The notes beneath the pieces were generated by a model that was given only the letters and a program-made list of their open reading frames with translations, ran no database searches and was not told where the DNA came from. Below, piece by piece: positions 1 to 13,188 of a DNA stretch of 64,000 nucleotides; the first letter of the stretch is position 1; each line of letters opens with the position of its first letter. A program made the translations under genes and the position numbers. Origin of the DNA: Amoebophrya sp. A120 (taxonomy: Eukaryota; Protista; Dinoflagellata); NCBI GenBank assembly GCA_905178155.1, contig CAJINV010000001.1, forward strand, positions 13,328,635 to 13,392,634, written 5' to 3'.

Positions 1-2960
1 GAACGCCATAGCACGGTAAACGTCCTTTGAATACGCCGTCCAGAAACAGCGCGGGGAAACCAACTCGACACCCTTGCCCGGTATGGAACTGTCAGGATCG
101 AAATCGACAAAATCGAAAAATTTGTAATGCGTGAAATGTAGAGCACGTATGGCCTGTGTTGGGGAGCAAGCAAATGAGACCGGTGGCAAGCCTGTTTAGG
201 GGAAGGCGTTGCGCTGCCAGAGTACCATGACAGGAGCAGTCTTCTTTGCCCAAACAGCATGACAGACTGGATTTTAGTGCTTCCGAAATTTGTCATGCGC
301 CACTTGGAAACTGAGGCTCCAACTGGTATCGATTTTATGCATCACAAGTTTTTCGATTTTGTCGATTTCGATTCTGACACTTCCATACCCGGACTTGGGT
401 TGTTAAAACCAATCACATACGCCGGATCCTGCAGGAGATAAACCTCGATTTCCTCGTCCGGACAGAACTGCTTGAAAGTATGGAGTCTGCGGTTGTTCAG
501 CGACCAGAGTGATCCGTCCTTCTCGTTTCGAATCACCCAGATTTTCGGAATGTCGCGCACCTGCGTGACGCCCTGGTCCAGCTCGTTCAAAGTCTGGTAG
601 ATGGACCGCCCGTCGTGGAATCGAGTCCGGATGCTGCCCTGCGTGAAGTTGATGTTTTTCGGTTTTTCCCAAATCACCACTTTGAGAACCTTCCTAACCG
701 GCGCCTTGTAGACCGGCGTGGGACTGAGCGACGCAGCGGCGGAACGCGCTCGTGAAGTAGAACGCCGCGGAGTTTGGAGCACTTGCAGTTCGGAAGATTT
801 CTTGTCGTCTGTGAGCGTTTCGTGGCCAGAGTTTTCTGCGATGCTGGCATCGGCCTTGTTTTCCTTCTCAACACGAAGCGCGATGTCGCTTTTCGTCACG
901 CGGAGCGCGTGGTCTTGCGGATCGGCTGTCCTGTTGCTTGTTTCCGGTTTCGTTTTGCTGACACCCTGCAATCGCAGTTGGTCCAAGACAGGCACAACCG
1001 GATTTGCTCGATACTGCTGATCGTTGAAGGCTGAGTGTCCCCCCTGCGACGTGATTCGGGACGCGGCCACCGGAACTTGGGCCTCTGGGGGAATGTGCGT
1101 CTGATGCGGCTGATACACAGCCGGGAGCGGTTTCATCTCGTCGCCTGCCATCAGGCTGCTGAGCATGGTGAACTGGGCAGGCTGCAGCGCACTCATCATG
1201 ATCCGGTTTTGCGTTGCAACCACCTGCGCACTCTGCGCACGCCGCATCTGCCGCTTCTTGGCCTCGACGTCGTCCTGCATCACTACTATATCACGGTTTT
1301 CGTCCGACTGCTCTTCTTCTGACGTCGTGTTCGGCGCGGTGGTTGTGCCATTCACACCCCCTCCCGCTTGTGCTGCTGAACTCGGTCGCAATGCAGATTG
1401 CCCTTGGACGTACGTATTTTGATGCTGGCTCACCATCTTGATGTGTTTCCAAGCAGTTTTGCTCTTGTCTTCTTTGGTTTTCGAAGGTGATGGCGCTGCA
1501 CTACCAGACGCTGAACTTGACGACACCGCCCCAGCAGACTGCGGTCGTGATTTCCGACCACCAGTAGACGCTGCGGGTCTACCCGTTGTCACAGACTGCC
1601 GCTTCAAGCTAGTACCGAGAAACAGGTCCGAGCTGTATCCAAGCGCTGCAAGTTTCTCTTCGGTGAAGGCGGCGATGGAAAAGTCCTCCTGCTCTAGGCT
1701 GCTGTGCTGCCTATCCTTATCGTTATTCCTCTCTCGCGTTGTCGTAACTTTCGTACCGTCCTGCCGCTCAATGACGTACTCTTCATCGGTCGGCGTTTCA
1801 TCGCTGACGGTCACGATTTCATCCGGAACCAAATCACTGTAGTCTGACGGAGAGGAGAGTGGCTTGTCCATGTTCGCAATATGAAGCGGAGTCGTCTGCG
1901 GCAAGCGCACCGTGCGCGGAAGCGCCGGGCGGGCAGACATCGCCTTTCGCTTTGAGTCGTTTTTTTTTGACGATGTTGCTGCATTCTTTTCAGCCCCTGG
2001 AGTAGTGCCACTTTCCGGGACGTTCCCACCGTTGGTCGTCGCTGCACTGGCTCCGATTTTATGGTCGTCATCCTCATTTTGCGTGTCGTCGTGAGATCGC
2101 TCTTCCGCATGTGCAGATGCTTTTGCGTTCACATCAGTTCCTCCAGAATTCCCTTTCATCTCCGGCCGCGGTTGCCACGTATCGGGCAACACCATGAGCA
2201 CCTCCCTGCCTGCGGACAACGCCCGTGCACGCGGCTGCGATGCAGTCCGTGGTGCGAACAAGCCGGTCGAAAAGCGCTGCGGCTCCGGGGTCGAACCTAT
2301 TCCCCCGTCAACAGCGGCTTCGTTGTTAAAAGACGGTCGTCGCGAGTTCGAACTGGTACGGGGCGTGGTCGGGGTCCGTGCCCGCCAAGTCTCTGCGGAA
2401 CCAACGGGTGCGACGCTCGGGCGGGTGGTCGAAGAGGTTTGTTGTCCTGCCGCCTGCCCCCTCGGGTCGCGCACAATCAAATCAGTGGTGGGTTTGTTCT
2501 TTACATCGAAGCTGTGCGAGAAGGTTTTTGCTGAAGAAGTTGAGGAAGCTCCAGCTGACATGTTGACCAATCCGACGCTTGCCTCCTCTTTTCTTGGCTT
2601 CATCAAAGCCTGCTCCGTCGCGGCGGCCTGCTGCTGGCGACGGGATATTGCGCGCTTCAGCATGATGGCGTCGTCTTCCAAAACCAGCGGCCCACCCTCA
2701 TCGAACAATAATCCCTTGGGTGCGGTCGCCCGCGCCAACGCAGAGACTGTGACCGTCTTCTCTTTGTTCGCAATGGTTCGGCTGTACAACCGGGTCGCCG
2801 CGCTTTTGGAACGGATGAAATGCCGACTGTCGGGGGAGCGGGACGTTAGTTGCGCGGTACTACGCAGGTTCGTCGCGTTCACGTTCAGATTCACGCACGG
2901 CATCGTTGGCGCTCGGGTGCCCACAATCAAGGGCTTCTTATTGGGGCTCGAGTATACCAT
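1..2960 (-). CDS. Large low-complexity protein with a ParB/Srx-like domain (3' end runs out of window); interrupted by introner E1
   Basis: 872-aa ORF 342..2960. Motif INFTQGSI..RF.DGRSI..T...L...IPKIWV...WSLNNRRL resembles ParB-like domains. Removing E1 plus one TSD continues the frame as NPSPG|KGVELVSPRCFWTAYSKDVYRAMAF to the window edge. Confidence 0.75.
82..387. mobile_element. Introner E1: 306-bp TIR element acting as a non-canonical intron
   Basis: Left end TATGGAACTGTCAGGATCGAAATCGACAAAATCGAAAAATTTGTAATGC pairs with right end GCATCACAAGTTTTTCGATTTTGTCGATTTCGATTCTGACACTTCCATA. Direct repeat CCCGG at 77-81 and 388-392. Confidence 0.9.
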
Positions 2961-3968
2961 GGTTTGGTCGAGAAGTTGAGCAGAGTAAGTAGTAGTTGTT
3001 ATTTTAGGCGTGCATTCGCATCGCGCTCCAGCAGTATCCCAATCAGAAAGTTAAGAACTGAATCCAAACCCGTAAAACGTATTGAAAAAAATCCCCATAC
3101 TGGATTTTCAGAAGCGAAGTCTCGTTTTCCTCTGTCAAAAAACCGCAGATGGGCCCTTTCTGCTTTGATACGGCAGACGAAAAAACGAAGATGAACATTG
3201 TTGTTGCGACGATTTTCTGTGAGATCTTCCTGTGATTCCAACAAAAAGTTTACCTTTTCCAGAATCCTAGAATCTCTACGAGAAAAACAGCAGCTGAAAC
3301 TGACAGACAGAAGGGCATCTGTGAAATCTTACTTTACGAAGCCCATCCACGACATGAAAAAAATATTTTCCCGACGATTTTGCACCACGAGATGATGATG
3401 AAACGAAAAAAAAACACGAAAGTAGTTCGAGCTGATCTTCAAAATTGCGTTCATTGTGGCAGCCCCTTCTACATGTAAAACACAAAAACGTCAAATACGC
3501 CAAACTGCACTTTTCTGTCTGACGGCCCGGCTCTTCTTTGAAACCGCAGAACCTTGCGCGTCTGCAATTGGCTCCACGCAAAACTGTTGACATAAATTTC
3601 GGCGGTCTCCACGATTTCGGTGTTACAATGTCGACATAGTTTCAAGTCGTTTCGAGGTATTCATCTTCAGAGAGGTCATAGGAAATTTTCAGTCTGTGCG
3701 ACGAAGGTAGTGAACCGTTTCATTTTGAATAAGTAACCATAGTTTGTGAATCTGCCTGCTTTGTGTACACAGATTTCTAATTTTTTGCTTCTGTCTGAAG
3801 ATAACTGTATCCAAGTTCGATTCGCTCTTGTTAGTGTTAGCTTGATCAACTAACTTTCTCTGTTTGTGAGTTGTTGAATCTCGGGTCTGTTAGTTAGAGT
3901 TAGTGTTAATGAAAACTGGTATATCATTGTGACATCATAGTACAAGGCCTCTCTTCTTTTTTCAGTAC

Positions 3969-6498
3969 CTACTCGTCCGCCGGCGGCGCCGGTTGACCAC
4001 CCGCGGGTGTGGGCTCGCTGCACTCCGGTAAGTCCTCCGGTTCGTTCAACACGGCGGGGGGCGCACAGTAAAAGAAGTTCGTGCTCCTCTTCAACCCATA
4101 GCCGACGTAGCTGTTTGCAAGAATGCAGGCGTTGGGTTTCGACAAGTGTTGCATGATAGATTCTCGTTGATTTGGATGAAAATAGAAGGAAAAAACAAGT
4201 TCACTCGAGCCGAAAAAAATCTTCTATCAGTACATGTTCACAAACGCCGATCCCTTGGAGACGCAGAAGGCACCGGGAAACTTGGAGGAGCGACAGCTGA
4301 CGACTGCGCCGGCATGCGAGCGGAAGGCCCAATCCTTTGACTTGACGCCACGGAGCTGTTCCTGCACGGGGTCCGACGCTTTCTTGGCTTCCTGAGCAGC
4401 GAACGCCTCTGGCTCCGCCTCGGCATCGATCTCCATGTAGGAGCAGCGACCCGTGCGGAGGATGTGCGGCACGCCTGATTCGGTTTTTGCATTAGATCAT
4501 TCTCGCTAATTGAATAGCCTTGTGAGGTCCTCGCACGAAATTTGATGTCACGAACTGAAACGCAGAACAAGTTCGTAAACTACTACGTCAAAGGTCTTCA
4601 TCACTCAGTACAGTGCATCCAGCCCTCTGGCTTGAGCAGTGTGCTCTGATCGGGAAAGACGAACTCCTCGGCTTCTGCGATGCTGCCGTCGTCCTCGCTG
4701 ACGGTCAAGTACCCCTTTACGTTCAGGACGGTATCCGCGGTAATTCTTGCGATCTGGGCGCGCAAGAGGAGTTTTTCCGGCGCGGCGAAGTAGGGGACCG
4801 TGACGACTGGGGCTATCAAATGCAAAAATGTCTGGGTCTGGAAGATTGCGAGTTTTGTCATGCTTGTCGGGCATGACCAAAAAGTTTGTGATGCGTGTCC
4901 AAGAAGAGACCCTTTCGCCTGTCATGCAAAAACGCAGTTTGTCATGCGAAAAACGCAACACAAAGAAGCGCAGATATTTCTCATGCTTGGTGGTGCATTA
5001 CAGAGCATTCACTGTTCCCAACGCAGCATTACAAGTTTCCAGACCCAGACATTTTTGCATTGGATAGGGGCCTCGAGGTCGCCGGTGAAAATTTTCTTCA
5101 ATCCTCGTGCGGCAACGATGCTCTCCGGGGTGGCGTCGGGTAATCGCACCCAGTATCAAAGAAAAAAAGTTCGTCACGATCACTCATGCGCATTCTTGCA
5201 ATACAAAATTGTTTGTCATGCGTAAAAATGCATCACAGCCAAACTTCATTAGGGATTTCCCTAGTGTTTCTGCAATACAAGGAAAGTTTGTGATGCTGAG
5301 AAAATTTGTAATGCAAAACCTGCAAGTTAGTGACTGTGACAAACTTTTTTCTCTCCATACCCAGTTCGGCGTTGTTACTGAGTTGGTCACCTGGGGAGTG
5401 AGTTTTGGATAATTTTTTTGTGTGATTTTCTTATCCTTGCACGATCGCAATATGTATATGACTCAAGAAGTACTAGTACCTACAAATAAGACATGAACTA
5501 TGAAATGGCTCGTCAAAAGATTTTCAAACCGGAAGCTAAACTATACCCAGTATGCGAACATGTTTGACCCACTCCCGAGTGGCTCAAAGCCTGGATTTTC
5601 TGGATCCTCCTCCCCAGCGGCATCCAACTGCCCCTCTGCAATGTAGTAATCAGCGCCGGAACCGCAAATCTTACCCCAGAATCGCACCTGTAATCATTTA
5701 TCGATGCATTTTTTTTGAATTGGCACCATCCAAACATTGCGCCGCGACTTGGAATTAAAAGAGATGGATCAGGGGAAATTCGTACCTTTTTCAACCCCTC
5801 TGTTGTTGCGGCAAAGTGCCTGAGACTGTTCATAACGGCATTGGCCTTTCCTGATGAAAACCCGACTCCCGCCCATGTCAGCACGTCATTCTCCTCCAAA
5901 AAGTTTGGCAGGGCGCAGATTGCTGTAAGAATGGAAATTTGAATTTCGTTCTCGTCGAGACACCATATATATTAGACACTTCAATAAACGCTAGTACACA
6001 AAAGCAGTCTACCTATCGAACCAGGAGAAAAACCGACAACACCAAAACGCTAAATTTTGCATAATTATACGCAGAAGCGCGCCCTCATCGTCTTTCGGGT
6101 CCGAGGCGACTTTCTTGACGGAGTCAACATCTTTGAGCTTCGAGGCAATCTCCTCCTCTGTGAGGGTGTGGTCGTAAGCTGATTTGGCCTTCGGTGGCGC
6201 GAGCTTCAGATTTCTTGAGTACACCTCAAGTGCATGGAACCTGCAAGAGAAAATAGAAACGTGCAGAGGCTTAGCCTTTTTTTAGCAGGGCGAGTCCTCT
6301 ACTAAAGCCAAGAACTGAACAAGAACATCTAGTCCTTCACATTATGCAGAGCGAGAGCACGCAAAGAGACGAAACTTTATCGTACGCTTTGTCCGCCGAT
6401 GGGTGGCCTGCGATCTTCTTCAGAAGCTCCTTCAAGTGCTTGGACACCCCGGGTCCCGCTGCCTTCAGCAGCTTCTCCGCGTCTACGACGTCGGGCAT
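3969..6498 (-). CDS. RSPH4: Flagellar radial spoke head protein RSP4/6 family (multi-exon)
   Basis: Spliced product contains VRFWGKI.G..ADYYIAEG, YWVTNS....WVRLPDATPESIVAARGLKKIFTGDLEAPV, LLRAQIARITADT, VVSCRSSKFPGA and IYVGYGLK. GT-AG introns (e.g. 5391..5546) plus introners E2 and E3. Confidence 0.9.
4814..5066. mobile_element. Introner E2 (family A): 253-bp TIR element in an RSP4/6 exon
   Basis: 30-bp TIR TATCAAATGCAAAAATGTCTGGGTCTGGAA / TTCCAGACCCAGACATTTTTGCATTGGATA. TSD GGGGC at 4809-4813 and 5067-5071. Excision joins GDLEAP|VVTVPYF; the unspliced frame hits TGA. Confidence 0.93.
5154..5359. mobile_element. Introner E3: 206-bp TIR element in an RSP4/6 exon
   Basis: Imperfect TIR TATCAAAGAAAAAAAGTTCGTCAC / GTGACAAACTTTTTTCTCTCCATA. 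TSD CCCAG at 5149-5153 and 5360-5364. Excision joins TTPNW|VRLPDATPE. Confidence 0.88.
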
Positions 6499-7099
6499 GA
6501 TTCTTTTTTCGCTGAAAAAACTCGACTTTTCAACACACGTCTTCCATTTCGGCTACGAATTCATTTTGAATCGAAGCTGAGTTCTTGTTCCCAGAGCACG
6601 AGTTTGCTGTAAAGACAAAGAGCGAGACGACAAGTTTCTCTTGCCCATGAGGAGTCGCACTCGTTTGCGCAGACATGAGGAACGCGATCAAAACGTCTCT
6701 CTACTCCAGTCTCTCTCCGTGGTCACTCCAGTGATGAAGACGGACCAAGTATTATTCAACACTTCTACCCTGATTCGAAAGTGTTCCAAAGTACTTTCTC
6801 CCTTAAGCTTACCAGCAGTTAGTTTTCAGTACGACTACGAATCTCAGCCCGAAACGTAAATAAACCTTGCTTTGTGCCCCTACACGTCGAACAAAGTGAA
6901 ACTCCGTACCATCTCCGAGATACCTTGCATGCATTGCAAATCCGTTTTCTTTTCGTTTCATTTCTGCGCCTTCTCGCTCGGGGTTTGTTTCTTTCATTCA
7001 GAACCAAAGTAGATTGGAAACATTCATAATTGTACATTGAGCGCCAGAAAACGTCAGAAAATGGGTCTGGCAAGGGCCTTCGTTCGTCTGCGAGCGAGT

Positions 7100-9072
7100 T
7101 TACCTCCATCTACGTCGGAGAGAAGGTAGTACGCGGGGGGGGGGGGGGAAAGCGAAAGGGAATGCGAAAGGGTATAATAATGGAGCAGAAGGTACATCGT
7201 ACAAGTAGAACAAAAAGGCAACTTTCATACATTTTTTTTCTTACTGCTTAGCGTAATGCGTATACAGCTGATCCGTCGATCGCATTATGTCCGTTGGCTT
7301 CTTGATTGCGGACTTTTTATCACCGCTCGTCGCTTTCCGCAGTTTCGCTTCCATCTCTTTTGTGGAGGGCTTGTAGGCATCATACAGGGCCACTGGCGGC
7401 GGCGCAGATTCTCTCACAGGCTGTGGCGGCGCAACCACGACTGTTTGTACCGCACTTCTGTTTGGCTCGCGGGCCACCAGCGCCCGGGCTATTGCGCGCT
7501 GGTACATCGCTTTCAGGTAGCGGCGAGTCTCAATCTGGAGTTTTGACGTTGAAATCAAATGACGTGTGAGTTGACCGAGCATTTGGATTTGCATCAGATG
7601 TTCCAAAACTCCGACTACAAACAGGCACAAAAAACAGAATCGCCCAATCTTACTTTCTCCTTATCCACCACTGGCTGTGGCATTTGCGGCGACAGGGACT
7701 TTGTCTTATTGGCTTTTTTCGCGAATATCTTGCTCTCCTTTTTTGCAAGCGCGATCTGGTTTTCCATCGACCAGTAGTCATCAAGCTGCCCTGTTAATTG
7801 CGAGCTCCACGGATCCTCTCCGCGTGCTTGGTTTTTCAGCTTCAGGTACCATGCTGGCTTTTTGTTGGAAACCTGTGTGAGAAGATCATAGAGAAGGTGC
7901 AATACATTGCCTAGCACCAGCAATGCCGCACGTAATCGGAGTATCCAAACTGATATCTTCACGACGTGTGTACAGCGACGCGCCGTACGCGGTAGTTCTA
8001 GTTTTCAAATTGAAACGCAAATGCTCACTATACCAATAGCTGCAGATCCTCTGCTTTGAAGCCGCCGCCCTTCTCGTCGTTTCCGCCCCCGTATTCGTCC
8101 ATGAAATTTATGTAGTTGTCGATCGTATTGGTTGCGCGTGTGATGTCCCGCAGCATGTAGTGTGCAAGCATGGACTTTGGCTTCCCGAATTTCTTTTCGT
8201 GGGTCTCCTGCAAAATCCTGTCACGGACTTCCTTTCGCTTCTCCACGTCTCGCTCGAGGAACAGCTGTAATTGGTATTGGATTGTTTAACAATAAATGCG
8301 CTGAAGCTGTAACTGATGTTGATCTGCGTTTACATTAGCTTCACATTTCCACCCTCGAACAAAAACACTTATGTGAAAAACAATACCAGCTCCAGCATGG
8401 AAATGCTGCCATCCCCATTCACGTCGCAAACGGGAAACAGACGGTCAGATACTTTCTGCGGCGTGTTCAAAAATTCCGGACAGTCTGGATCGTCACAGAA
8501 GCCCTGGGACTGCATGGCCAGACCGAACTCTTCCCTATCCAGTCGCCCGTCGCGATTGTAGTCGACCTGCGCAAACATGTCAGCGGCACCGCCGAATTTG
8601 TCGCAGAAGCGCTGGCAATACTCCATCATGAGAAAGGAGTCCATGTCGACCTCGTCGAGCGTTAGAAGATTGGTGCCATCAGAGTCCAGTTTTTTCCACA
8701 GATCCACTGCGTCTTCGCCAGCGGCGCCCAGGGATGTGAGGCCCTGCGATTTAGAATTTTGTTGGAATTCTGCATCAACACAAGGAAGCACTGGGCTTTG
8801 TTTGGCTTGCATTGTCTGCGCAAGGAGAGCTACTGCATAAGCGAAACGAAAATCCAAATAGTACTTACCTTGCAAAACTTCGTGAACGTGACGTCGCCGA
8901 TGCAGTACGGATCGAAGTATTTTCGCCACGCTTTCATGATGACACCTTCCCCCTTATCCAGCAAGACGCCGCGGAGGTACTCGGTCTCCTCCGATTGCTC
9001 CTCCTCGTCTGGGGGAACCATACCCGCCTCCTCCATCAGCGCCTTGGACCGCGCTGACATCAACTTCGCCAT
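7100..9072 (-). CDS. EF-hand calcium-binding protein (multi-exon; ends approximate)
   Basis: EF-hand loops DSDGTNLLTLDE, DYNRDGRLDREE and DVNGDGSISMLE. ORF pieces 8830-9072, 8369-8929, 8028-8246, 7615-7962 and 7241-7630 are joined by GT-AG introns. Confidence 0.75.
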
Positions 9073-10109
9073 GGTGCCCGGTGGTGAGAAAGCGCGTGGT
9101 CAGGTAGCCACCAAATTGGGGTATGTACACTTTGCAAACTCCCCGGCCGTTGCCGCGGTGGGTCGCTCGTTCTTCTGCGTAAAAAATTCGTAGCGACAGG
9201 ATACTGCTCTGCGTGCTCGTCAATGCGCTTTGATGTTTCCTGGTGCTCCTCGTAGGTCTATGGTCGTCCGGTAGATCCAAAGAAAAGTTTGACTCACGTA
9301 GTTGCGCGTACGTGTGTCGGTATGAAGATAGATGTGTTTTTCACAGCAGAAACGTGCTCATTTGATATTCGTAGAAGTTTGAGAGGTTGTACACACAGAG
9401 AGCATTATCATACAGTGTGAATTTCTTGCTAGACACTACAGGTACAGCTTCCTACATTTTGCTATTCTTTGTTGACTTATGTGTGGGAATGAGCAAGAAT
9501 ATATCAGTTCTCATCGAAGAAAGGTCCTGACACGTAAGTACATGCGCAGGAACGAGTCTCGGCGATTTCAACCTCCTGCTACAACGACCACGTCTCTGGC
9601 AAACTTCCTTGTATGACGTCTTCTACTCGCTCGATTACTTTCGCTCTACCGTACATTTTTTGAAAAGCGTGTCTCGCGCGCGTGTCTCGATGAGCCTGTC
9701 AATCCAAAACGAAGACGATGCCTTTAGCATTAACGCGAATTTCTTCACATAGAGAACAGCGTGCACCTTCAGTCTTAGCCTCAGCCGGTACAAACACCAA
9801 AGTGTCTCGACTGCGAAAAGAATTGTGATTGTCTTGGTTAGATGTCGACATAAAGTGACACTTTTGACATGTATTCTCTGGGTAGTTTGTCGCTGATATA
9901 CTTGGTACTTACAGAAAAGGCAGCTTTGGCACATTTCGCCATCCCGTGGGGAACAGGAGATGTGTGATAGGACCTTAGTCGAAATCGAAAATCGTGGGTG
10001 GGTAAGTACAGGTTGGTGACACGACAATGACGAAAGGCCATAAGCCGATCGCGGTGGAGCTTTTCACGACGACCGGGCGGCCGCACACGGCCTTCGTCAA
10101 CACGCGCCG

Positions 10110-12347
10110 CTATCCCAGCGTCATCCATGGCGTCTTTTCGTTTTTCTGAACCTTTTTCAGAGCCTCTAGACTGGGTGGGGCGTTCATGTCAAGCCGTTTT
10201 ATTCGGTTTTCCTCCTCTATTCTCTGAAGCCTTCTTTCGGCGTTGCGCGCACCATGCTTCTTCCCGTGGAACTTCCAAGAGAGTTGCCTAAAGGCCTCTT
10301 TCGCCGTGTTCACGCGCCCAAACTCATCCTTATACTCGATCTTCACGTCGCCTTCGTTGGTTCCAATATCAAGCACGCCGCCCTCGGCGGTGTAGCGTTT
10401 CAGGTGTGAGCCTTGATCCTTGCCAAACCCGTCGCGCTCGCGTAAATATAGCAGGGCACTCGCCATACTGTTGTCCAAAGGCTTCTCGTGCAACTGCTCC
10501 TCCACGGCCTTCTGTTGCTGCTCTGAGACCACCGGCGCGCTGGAAGAGGAGCTGCTTTTGTGCTTCCTGGAATCGTTTATTCTCCGCTCGTTCGCGGCCT
10601 CGTCGTCGTGTAGTTTGAGCTTGTTCTCCCGCTCCTTCTTGAACCTGTGGATTGAATGTATTGCCATCAAGTTTGATCGGTAAATCGACTGAGCAGAACG
10701 CAAATCATGACAAGAAGCATAAATATGAAACGAAAGGAAAAAATCTAAAATTAATACGTTTCCATCCCCGCATAGGTTTCCTGCTTCGTCTTCTCCTCTT
10801 TCTGGTCGTGTGTCTGTACCGTGAGACAGAACTCGCTGGTCGCGCTGACCAACCGACTGTCTTTGTCCCTCGCCAGACCCGAGGATGCTACCAGAGCCTC
10901 TTCCGGTCGCAGCAGCTCCTGGACCTTTTTCAAGTCCCGTTTTGTCGTGGCGGCGGTCTTCTGCCGGCGGAGCTGCTCGTACAATTCCGGATCATCCTCG
11001 TCGCTGTCAACGTCGGCGCGGACCCTGAATTTCTGCATTTTCACCGGTGGTCGGTCAAACTCGTCCTCGTCGATGTTCAATTGCTTTCTTTTGTTTTGCT
11101 TCTTGGCCTGTTTCGCGATTTTTTTCCGGAATTTCACCTCTTCCGCCTGGTCCATGACGTCCGACTGGAATTTCAGTGTGCTGATTTCTCCGTCCGCCTG
11201 GTCGGCAAGTGCCATTTCCTTCAGTTTCTGCTCGGCCACGGCTGAGTGCGCGTCCGCCATCGTGAAACCAGTGGCGCGGGTGGGGAGCTCATCGTACTTC
11301 GCGAGGATGTCGCCGGTTTGCTGGTCACCGTGGTAGCCTCGGGAAGGGTCGTAGTTCGCTTTTTGCTTCTTCCGCTCTTCACGTTGTTTCTGTTTGGATC
11401 ATCGATCGTTTTGGAGCGCTAAAATTAATCGAGCGGCGCTGCAGAGACACAGAATTTGAGTCAATCTGTTGCTGCTGAAAAGTGCACTTTACTTTTTGTT
11501 TTTTTCACCAGGCAACCATCAAACCAAATAGAAATACCAGTTTAAACGCGTCAGTCTTGTTAATGTCTTCCAGCAGATCCATCTCGCTGTTCAGGGTGCC
11601 GTCGAGGGTTACTATCCTTTCGTCCGCAAGCGTCAGAATCGCCTGCTCGCCCTCCTGGAAATCCGCCATGTCGTGCGTCACCTGAGAATCGATCATGAAT
11701 CAACTCTAATATGCGTTGTCGTCCTTTTTCCCGTTCAGTTAAAGAAAATCGAAGAAAAACAATTCATTATCATTGTCAGAAGCAGAACGCCAAACAAAAA
11801 GCTGAAAGAAAATACCCTGAAGTTATCCAACGACGGTCCGTCTCCCGCCTCCTCTTTTTGCTTGGTCGCACGGTTCTTCGCCGCGGCGCGCTCGAGGTTC
11901 CGCGAGCTTGTCGTGTGGTGGCTGCTGGCCCATGCCTGCAAATCATCGTCATCGTCCAGGATGTCGCCGAGACCGCGACCGCTTGCAAGTTTGGCCCGCT
12001 CCCTGTTGAGAGATTTTGGTTCGCAATGAATCTTCATTTTCTACCGCAGAAAGAAATGGATTCAGTTTCGGCTCGTCACAACACGTACACAGCTAAACAA
12101 AGTAAATTCGCAAGAGCAAAAAAATGTACCTCTTCCTCTTGTCCTGCTGCTTCGCGGCGACTGCATCGTGTTTTGCGGCGTCCTTCTTCGCTTTTTCTGC
12201 CCAGTGGTCTAATGGTGCGTCCGAGGTTCCGTCTACCGCTTTGCCGTCTTCTTCTATTCGGAGAGGTTTTAGACCGAGTTTCCTACGCTCCTCGTTCCAT
12301 TCGGCAACGGTCTTGGTGACCTCCTGGGCACCGTCTGTCGATGCCAT
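10110..12347 (-). CDS. SART1: U4/U6.U5 tri-snRNP protein SART1/Snu66
   Basis: N-terminal HIND-like motif TVAEWNEERRKLGLKPL, VTHDMADFQEGEQAILTLAD, and C-terminal EYKDEFGRVNTAKEAFRQLSWKFHG. Four GT-AG introns traced. Confidence 0.9.
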
Positions 12348-13188
12348 ATTTCTTCTAAAGCACAAAATCTCCGTGCCCAGAAACGTGAGCGTGAGCGTGA
12401 CTGAATATACTTACAGATTTGAAATTTCGTGACAACGTCAGGGGCAGGTTTCTGAGTCACTACACCAACACGAATGGGGGTCAAACACGATTCATCACTT
12501 GGACTTTCTGATATTGTTCAACGCAAAAAAAATCCATACTAACTTATCGAAAAACATCAGTATTTCATTTTGAAGTAAACATACCTAGATCGACCCTGGC
12601 GGTTTCAGGTGCGGCTATCACTTTGGAATGTCATCAATACGCGTTTTATGTCCATATTCATGGTCCTTGCGCACATCATTCATACTTGAACAAGACCAAG
12701 AGCAAACCGAAATTGGCAATCCAATATTACTTCCTCGCCTACTCTTTTTGGAACTGAAAAATCATCGTGACCATGAGCAAGAACAACCAGCTTAATTATA
12801 ATTTGGAACCTCAACATCTTCCACGACTTCTTTGCTATATGACGCTTGTTTGATTTTTTTGTTTCTAGAATTTTGGTTTGCCACAGCTCTGATAAAACCT
12901 TGCGCAATTCTTGATTTCCATATTTCTTGTCTTTTGGCTTCAGAGTATGATCAACTTCGCGACACGGCATCAACCAGAAAGAGACAATATATAAGATCAG
13001 GATCTTTTTGTAAGTTCAAGAACTTGCAATCAGAATCACCTACAGTCAATTTGAGTTTTTCGCAAGTACATTGTTTCCTTGTTCGGTGCTGCGATAGTTC
13101 AGGGTTTAAGGTTTATAGGACCAGGGTCTTCTGTCGTGCACATTCATCGGTAAGTGGAAGACTGAGGTTCTTAGTTCCGTGAAATCAG

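Noticed and set aside
3829-3910. GTTAG-like short repeats resembling telomeric sequence
   Set aside because: Few, irregular copies with no TTAGGG/TTTAGGG array.
3969-6498. RSP4/6 (and other element-bearing genes) as insertion-inactivated pseudogenes
   Set aside because: Flanking exons I traced show no stops or frameshifts and keep conserved motifs, even with two insertions. Splicing is the simpler explanation, though RNA evidence is still needed.
7135-7148. 14-nt G homopolymer (possible G-quadruplex)
   Set aside because: Reads as poly-C in the pyrimidine tract of a probable minus-strand intron; a single run with no further support.
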